64,000 nucleotides of DNA from NCBI GenBank assembly GCA_039798785.1, contig JBDKFG010000004.1, forward strand, positions 32,001 to 96,000, written 5' to 3'. The DNA comes from Verrucomicrobiota bacterium (GTDB taxonomy: Bacteria; Verrucomicrobiota; Lentisphaeria; Lentisphaerales; Lentisphaeraceae). Below the pieces are notes generated by a model that did not search any database, was not told the DNA's origin, and saw only the letters and a program-made list of their open reading frames with translations. A program made the translations under genes and the position numbers. Below are positions 58,565-64,000 of the stretch, piece by piece (the first letter of the stretch is position 1; each line of letters starts with the position of its first letter).

Positions 58565-58573
58565 GGGGGGAAC

Positions 58574-58894
58574 ATGTTTCAAGATGTTTTAAATGCCTTG
58601 TTGCAATGGGGAGCCGACTTCATCAAGTTGCTTCTTGATGGATTCGTAACACTCTGCAATTTCTTCCTACAGTTCGTCTTGCAACTCATTACAGATGCAA
58701 TATCTCACCTCCTTTGCATTGATGGTCCAGAGATTGACATAGAAGCCTTTGCAGCACTGTTTAACATCTTTGCGGAGGTGAATAAATACGTTCCTCTTTC
58801 TGAAATGGGAATGATGCTTATTTGTCTAACTGGAAATTTCTTGGCTATCTTCACTCTTCGTTTAATTCTTAAAGCTATTCCAACGGTCTGGTAA
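58574..58894 (+). CDS. Minor coat protein (pVI-like)
   Basis: 106 aa, hydrophobic, ends RLILKAIPTVW; directly before the Zot-like gene. Confidence 0.75.
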   Translation: MFQDVLNALLQWGADFIKLLLDGFVTLCNFFLQFVLQLITDAISHLLCIDGPEIDIEAFAALFNIFAEVNKYVPLSEMGMMLICLTGNFLAIFTLRLILKAIPTVW

Positions 58895-58895
58895 A

Positions 58896-60269
58896 ATGCT
58901 TTCAATCGTTATCGGCAAGCAGAGAAGCGGAAAAACTTACTCTGTGATGGCGCACTATATCATTCCGGCTTTACTTGATGGTCGTAAAGTCGTAACTAAT
59001 CTTCCTGTTAACGTTAATTCGATATCTAAGGATTATTTCAAGGGCGAGGATATTTCAGATAGAATCCGTCTCTTATCCATGGATGAATCATTAGAATTTT
59101 GGATTCATAAGGCCCCTGAATGTTTGGTTGTCCTGGATGAAGCTTACGAAATCTTCCCCGCTACCGTCTCCCTTGCACTGAAGTCCAACATTCATGCACG
59201 CCTAGATAATAATGACCCTTTACCCTTTTATTTTGAACGTCGGAATAAGGTCAAGCTAGCTTCAGAGCGTGAAATCTGGTACATGCAGCAAGCCGAGCTT
59301 ATGAGCTACATCAGGCAGCACGGCCATTACAAGGATGATGTCGTCATCATCTCGCATAACCCTTTAGACTTGCATCCCTTCGTTTTGCGTGGAGCTATGG
59401 AATTTATCAGCGTTCACAACTCCCTGAGAACGAATATGCTTAACGCCCGATTTTTTGAAGGTCTAACCTATCCTACTCAATTTTTCATCATGCGTCATTA
59501 CGATACCATGCAGGAATACCGCGCCGGCATCGTCACTCAGGAACGCTTCATCAAGCCAGATCCTAGGGTCTTTGCATCCTATGACAGCTTCTCTCAGGCT
59601 CAGCGACTCAGCACTGATGACAAGGCCTCTGACAAGGCCAGCTCTGACTTCAAGCGCCCCTATGGGGATGTGGTCCGCCGGTGGATCTCAGATAAGACCC
59701 CGGTTCTGATCTTCATCGGCGCTTTGGCTACGGTGGTGATAGCGTTCGGTTATTCGTTCATCACCGTTAACGCCAAGCCGATGTATGCGGCAAAGCCGCA
59801 AACGGACGCTAAGCCCCTTACCTCTATCGCGGCCTTTACAGCTCCTAAAAATCAATTGATCTTCTCTAGTCTTTCTAAGATCGAGGACAAGGCTAAAGCC
59901 CAGGACAAGAAGAAATCCAAGTATGATTTTGAAACTAGCTTTCCGCCTTTTGCGTTTCCTGCTGAAACCTCAATTCACCTGATTTTTGGTTCTGTCTATG
60001 AACGTGGTCGCGGCTTCGTCTGGTTTGAATCTGGCGTGCTCCTTAAATCCTCTTCGACTCTCACCATAACATCAAAAGGAATTCAAAAATGCGGAATCTT
60101 TTATTCTTGGCGTACTTTGCGCTCAATGCCTGTCTATATGCTGCTCCCGTTTCAGGATCAAGTCCAAATCCAGGAAGTCCCTCCAATGGCACCAAAGGAC
60201 AAACCCGGGACATCAACGCCCCCCCTCGTCAAGCCGGAAGCGCCGATGACGCCGAAGATGAAATCTTGA
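58896..60269 (+). CDS. Zot-like assembly ATPase (pI)
   Basis: GKQRSGKT, VVTNLP, VVLDEA, RQHGH and YDS motifs, then a TM segment. Confidence 0.9.
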   Translation: MLSIVIGKQRSGKTYSVMAHYIIPALLDGRKVVTNLPVNVNSISKDYFKGEDISDRIRLLSMDESLEFWIHKAPECLVVLDEAYEIFPATVSLALKSNIHARLDNNDPLPFYFERRNKVKLASEREIWYMQQAELMSYIRQHGHYKDDVVIISHNPLDLHPFVLRGAMEFISVHNSLRTNMLNARFFEGLTYPTQFFIMRHYDTMQEYRAGIVTQERFIKPDPRVFASYDSFSQAQRLSTDDKASDKASSDFKRPYGDVVRRWISDKTPVLIFIGALATVVIAFGYSFITVNAKPMYAAKPQTDAKPLTSIAAFTAPKNQLIFSSLSKIEDKAKAQDKKKSKYDFETSFPPFAFPAETSIHLIFGSVYERGRGFVWFESGVLLKSSSTLTITSKGIQKCGIFYSWRTLRSMPVYMLLPFQDQVQIQEVPPMAPKDKPGTSTPPLVKPEAPMTPKMKS

Positions 60270-61300
60270 CCTTTCATCGGAAATCCTTATTTGATATCTC
60301 CAAGCTTCTTCTTGAGGATTATAACACCCTGGTATTCATCGATCCTGAGCTGACCGCCCTCGAGGTCACCGGCAATTTTCGCGTGTCTTCCCTCCTCGAT
60401 GACGTTTCAGCCGCTTACAAGCTTGTTTTGACCCGTGATAAGGACCGCTATTACCTCAAAAAGCAGAAGCAAATCAGCGCTGTCTTTCCCAAAGGTGTGA
60501 TTACGGCTGAGGTTCAAAGCCTTTTCCCTGGTATGCTCTCCTTTCAGGGGGATTCGATCATCTTCCGTGGCGGTCCTGAAGATCTCTCTGATTTCAAGAA
60601 CCTTGTCAGCGAAATCAAGCCACCAAGCCAGACCAGGGCGCGGCTTACGGTTGTCCTGATGGATGAATCCCTTTTGAAGGCCTGGGGTTTTCAGTGGGAC
60701 AATTTTCTGACCCTTTCTCTCAGCGGTAAGACTCCTAGCCTTGAATCTGTCCTTTACCAGTTCAAGACCACCTACAGTTCGACAGGATCTAGTCACGTGT
60801 TCAGCTCCACCGCTGATATCGACATCGACCTAGTCAGCGGACATGACCTTGTATTCAGCCAGGGCCTAGAGACTGACAGAAAGGTCGAACAGACTGTGCC
60901 GGGCCAGAATACTGAGCAGCCAGTGTATCAAACTGGTTTTGATGTTCTCAAGACCGGGTTTAGCCTTACCGTCAAGCCCACCTACATACCATCGTCAAAC
61001 AGTTGGGCTCTTGGTCTGAAGCTTTCGGATGCTCAGCCCGTCTCTGAGATTCAGCGTTCCGCTGTTGCCCTTGATCAAACGGCCATTTTTAACGGTCAGC
61101 CGCGCTTGATTGCTTCTTATTCGCGGGATTCGACCCAACTTGACAAGAGCTATCTTCCTGAGCTTGCGTGGTATCAATCCTTAGCTTCCTTCTTCGGGTG
61201 GGAACGTCAGGTCTCGGCTCGGGTTGCTGTCCTGGTTTATCTTTTACCAGGTCGAGACGCACCGGAGAAGCCTAAGCCCTTGCAGCTTCCCAATCCTTGA
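60089..61300 (+). CDS. Secretin-like extrusion channel (pIV-like)
   Basis: Signal peptide; WGFQW, TGFSLTVKP and LP..W...FFG beta-rich motifs; follows pI. Confidence 0.7.
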   Translation: MRNLLFLAYFALNACLYAAPVSGSSPNPGSPSNGTKGQTRDINAPPRQAGSADDAEDEILTFHRKSLFDISKLLLEDYNTLVFIDPELTALEVTGNFRVSSLLDDVSAAYKLVLTRDKDRYYLKKQKQISAVFPKGVITAEVQSLFPGMLSFQGDSIIFRGGPEDLSDFKNLVSEIKPPSQTRARLTVVLMDESLLKAWGFQWDNFLTLSLSGKTPSLESVLYQFKTTYSSTGSSHVFSSTADIDIDLVSGHDLVFSQGLETDRKVEQTVPGQNTEQPVYQTGFDVLKTGFSLTVKPTYIPSSNSWALGLKLSDAQPVSEIQRSAVALDQTAIFNGQPRLIASYSRDSTQLDKSYLPELAWYQSLASFFGWERQVSARVAVLVYLLPGRDAPEKPKPLQLPNP

Positions 61301-61856
61301 ATAGCTTCTTTGAGTCGAGGCCTCCCCACTCGATACCTTGCCCCCTGCCCCATCTGGTAGGGGGCTTTTTCATGCCATTTGACAGCAATCACCGCGTCCG
61401 AAGGGCCTTGCCGCGTATGCGGCTTGTTTGTTGCTTGGCCGGGCGCATCGCCGGGCCTTGTAGCTCTCCCTCCATAGGCCGGGCGCATCGCCGGGCCGCG
61501 CTTACCCGTCTATGGGGTATCAATGGTCAACGATTCGCCCGATTTCTCTAAGGGGTTTGGGGGCAAGCCCCCAAGCGGGGGGAGCTGTGGGGGCGGCAGC
61601 CCCTGAAGTATTGAGTAGGCGGAGCGGAGCGAGGCCGTTCCCCTGGGGCGGATCTTTGCCAGGGCGGACTAAATGGCATCTTTGGCGGCTTGAATCCCGT
61701 CGGGCGGGACCCTAACCCGAAAAAAGGCTTTCCCTACCCGCAATGCCTTTTAGCCACTGTTGCTACGCCGCCCGGCCCGGCGCCGCTGTAGGCGCGCAGC
61801 GCCGCAGCGCCGGAGACATGGGCGGCGGTGGGCTTTCTGCGGCCCGGAGGGCCGCC

Positions 61857-61880
61857 GGCAGGGTCTAGTAACACCCTGCC
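61857..61880 (+). other. Candidate double-strand origin hairpin
   Basis: GGCAGGGT-CTAGTAAC-ACCCTGCC within a GC-rich, hairpin-dense non-coding region. Confidence 0.55.
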
Positions 61881-62152
61881 AGCCCGCCAAAAGTTTGTGA
61901 ATGATTTAATATAAGGCGCTGAATTTAAGCATTTTATATCCGCCGATTTTTAAAATCGCATTTAAACCATTGGTCTTTAATAGTTTGTGACGCAAAAAAC
62001 TGCTTATAAACAATCATAATAAATTCCACTTTAAAAAAGTGGCTAATTTTGGAAATTTTAAAAATATTTCAGATCTGCTATTGACAATTTCATAGATTGA
62101 GGGGGTTGCATTTTGTGCTTGTCAAGTTCGATTTTACAAGTATGACACTTTT

Positions 62153-62632
62153 TTATATACTTGATATTTCTCGCCTAATCTCTTCGCTTGTCGGGATGCC
62201 TTTCCATCTAATTATCCGTAAGCCAGCAGATTTTAGAGCTTCGTTTTTTTGTCTGTCTGCTTTTTGTCGGCTAGGTCGATCATGCGATGGGTCATCAAGT
62301 TCAATGCAAGCAATTATCCGGTTGTTTTGACAAATTATAAAGTCAAGACTTTTTCTGCAGATTAGATTGAAAGCGTTGAAGTCACCATCTTTAATAGGTT
62401 CTATAACACGTGAAAGCCCCACTTGCGCGTGTACGTCGTGGTCAGGCAGTGATTCTTTTAGTTTTTTATAAAGTATTAATTCGTATGATGTTAGAAGGTT
62501 TTTTGATCTGTATTTTGGCGAATCCTCTTCATTGACCCCCTCTTTAAATTTCAACTTTTCGCTTTCAACTGAAATTTTTGCGCATATTAGAATTAGCGCC
62601 ATTGCAAAAGCAATAAAAATGAACAAACTCAT
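62153..62632 (-). CDS. DUF2726-like PD-(D/E)XK protein with N-terminal TM
   Basis: LLTSYE, HAQVGL, SLDFII, IELDDPSH, DRQKN and AGLRIIR motifs. Confidence 0.85.
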   Translation of the reverse strand: MSLFIFIAFAMALILICAKISVESEKLKFKEGVNEEDSPKYRSKNLLTSYELILYKKLKESLPDHDVHAQVGLSRVIEPIKDGDFNAFNLICRKSLDFIICQNNRIIACIELDDPSHDRPSRQKADRQKNEALKSAGLRIIRWKGIPTSEEIRREISSI

Positions 62633-62765
62633 TTAATGACCTCCATTTTGTCAAGCTGTTTTCTTTGTTATGACAGCAAAATATTTTTTTAATTTTGTTG
62701 GCCAATCAATTTGACAGGCTGTGGGACTGCCTTATTGTTGGCCAATCAAAATCAAAGGAAACTGA

Positions 62766-63056
62766 ATGTTTGAGAACAAGAGAGGTCGAGGCCGTCCACC
62801 TGTAGATCCTTCTAAGAAGGTTACGGGGCGTCATCTTGCGTTTTCTCCTGAACATTGGGCAGTTCTCGAAAAAATGGCTGAAGATCAAAAGATTTCAATC
62901 TCTAGATTGATTTTAAAGTTGGCTCAAATTGGTGCTCTTTTGAGCGTTGTCAGTTGTTCTGGAAAATCAGCCTATATTCCTTGCGTTTCGTCAACTGATG
63001 AAAACTTATATGTAAACAAAACCGCTTATTATGCGAAAACTCATACCATTGGATAG
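62766..63056 (+). CDS. Small DNA-binding regulator (AT-hook + RHH-like)
   Basis: KRGRGRPP and WAVLEKMAEDQKISISRLI; the 3' end crosses the right att. Confidence 0.6.
   Translation: MFENKRGRGRPPVDPSKKVTGRHLAFSPEHWAVLEKMAEDQKISISRLILKLAQIGALLSVVSCSGKSAYIPCVSSTDENLYVNKTAYYAKTHTIG
63012..63039. other. Degenerate dif-like site (right att)
   Basis: TTATGCGAAAA at 63029-63039 is identical to the left site's arm; the other arm is degenerate. Confidence 0.5.
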
Positions 63057-63306
63057 AGGGCTGGTTCGAGTACTTCAAGCACTCGAACTACTATCCCGCT
63101 GCGATCGCCGAGGCTATAATGGCCGAGAAAGGAGAGGATGCGAGTGGGAGATCGAGGACAAGAACACTCTCGTGCTGAGACGAGTCGCGTGAAGCCCGCT
63201 CGCTTAGTGATGTTCTTAAAATTATTATTTTCAATATATTATGACAAGATGGCGGCTGGTGACACGAGTGTTAGGTCTACCCCCGCATGGATGATGAAAC
63301 TTCATA

Positions 63307-63744
63307 TCACTCCTTGAGCTTGACCAGGAGAAGGTGCTCTACCGCTAGACAGGTCTGACCGCGCTGGTTCACCGCTTCGACTTGTTCGACAACTATGCCG
63401 TAACCGGGCTTTTTGTGAGCGCGCTTCTCCTTGATCGTGATCGAGACGCGCAGCGTGTCACCGATGAACACCGGTGATGGAAAGCGGAGGCGGTCGTAGC
63501 CGTAGCTCATGGCGTGGGGATTGATCTCAACGCAGCCCATGCCGACGGCGACGGCGAAGATCAAGGTCCCGTGGGCGATGCGCTGGCCGAAGGGCTGAGT
63601 CTTGCACCACTCGAGGTCCATGTGGTGAGGGTAGAAGTCGCCACTCTGACCTGCGTGCAGGACGATGTCGGTTTCGGTGATGGTGCGGCCGGCTGTGTCG
63701 CGGCGGACGCCGATCTGATATTCGTCGAAGTATTGAGCTTTCAT
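63307..63744 (-). CDS. MaoC-family dehydratase
   Basis: [22 protein letters not shown] and [12 protein letters not shown] motifs. Confidence 0.92.
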   Translation of the reverse strand: MKAQYFDEYQIGVRRDTAGRTITETDIVLHAGQSGDFYPHHMDLEWCKTQPFGQRIAHGTLIFAVAVGMGCVEINPHAMSYGYDRLRFPSPVFIGDTLRVSITIKEKRAHKKPGYGIVVEQVEAVNQRGQTCLAVEHLLLVKLKE

Positions 63745-63998
63745 AGGCTGATCCCGAGGGTTTTTTCGATGGAGATTGCGGTGTCCTTGAGGACCTGGAG
63801 GTATTCGGTGACCGGCTGGGCCGAGTTGCCTTCGAGTGTGTTGAGGGCAAGGGCGGCGAAGCCTTGCGGGAGCCGCAACGGCACCACTAGGTCGTGCACA
63901 CCTTGGAGATTGCGGTGGTGCGACACCACGTACCCTGCCGCGGCGATGTCGCGGAGCTCGTTCTTGTCGATCTTGGCAAATCTTAACCATTCGCTCTC
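63741..63998 (-). CDS. IclR-family regulator, C-terminal part (cut by the window edge)
   Basis: Frame open to the edge: [13 protein letters not shown]...QGVHDLVVP...LKDTAISIE. Confidence 0.65.
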   Translation of the reverse strand, partial: ESEWLRFAKIDKNELRDIAAAGYVVSHHRNLQGVHDLVVPLRLPQGFAALALNTLEGNSAQPVTEYLQVLKDTAISIEKTLGISL

Positions 63999-64000
63999 GG

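Larger units (their letters stand above)
52321..63039 (+). mobile_element. Filamentous prophage (inovirus), ~10.7 kb, no integrase
   Basis: Rep, small membrane genes, coat-like gene with terminator, pIII-, pVI-, Zot/pI- and secretin-like genes in canonical order; ATTATGCGAAAA at both ends. Confidence 0.88.

Noticed and set aside
63222..63250. Third dif-like site (ATATATTATGACAAG)
   Set aside because: Only a partial arm, with no matching CATAA half.
1..64000. tRNA/rRNA genes and host taxonomy
   Set aside because: None recognised by eye, and no marker gene allows a host assignment.

Overview
The window has three parts. (1) 1-21.6 kb is a plasmid/chromid-type backbone. It holds the 5' end of a Cas3-type HD-nuclease gene (cut by the window edge) divergent from an XRE regulator, parAB with five copies of a 14-18 bp palindrome (parS candidate), a Fic gene, and a large T1SS-type adhesin. 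It also holds an IS110 element whose non-coding end contains readable target and donor guides (bridge RNA), an iteron origin plus TrfA-like Rep, a serine resolvase, an unexplained ~1.9 kb non-coding array with ~118 bp period, and a relaxase module. (2) 21.9-51.9 kb is a defence island. A complete class I DISARM set is split into two convergent blocks (drmABC on +, drmD and drmMI on -), with cargo between or among them: an AbiE-like pair, two ankyrin proteins, two AlbA/Schlafen-ATPase proteins, YhcG, and an AT-rich Lamassu/ABC-three-component operon with a Ser/Thr kinase. The strongest novelty candidate is in that operon. The LmuA-like protein has no catalytic effector domain, only an N/G/I-rich N-terminal motif, and the same motif ends an unannotated 56-aa membrane protein encoded just upstream, which suggests amyloid-type signalling. 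(3) 52.3-63.0 kb is an integrase-less filamentous prophage (inovirus) bounded by dif-like sites, followed by ordinary metabolic genes. All family calls come from motif recognition by eye; no database search was run.
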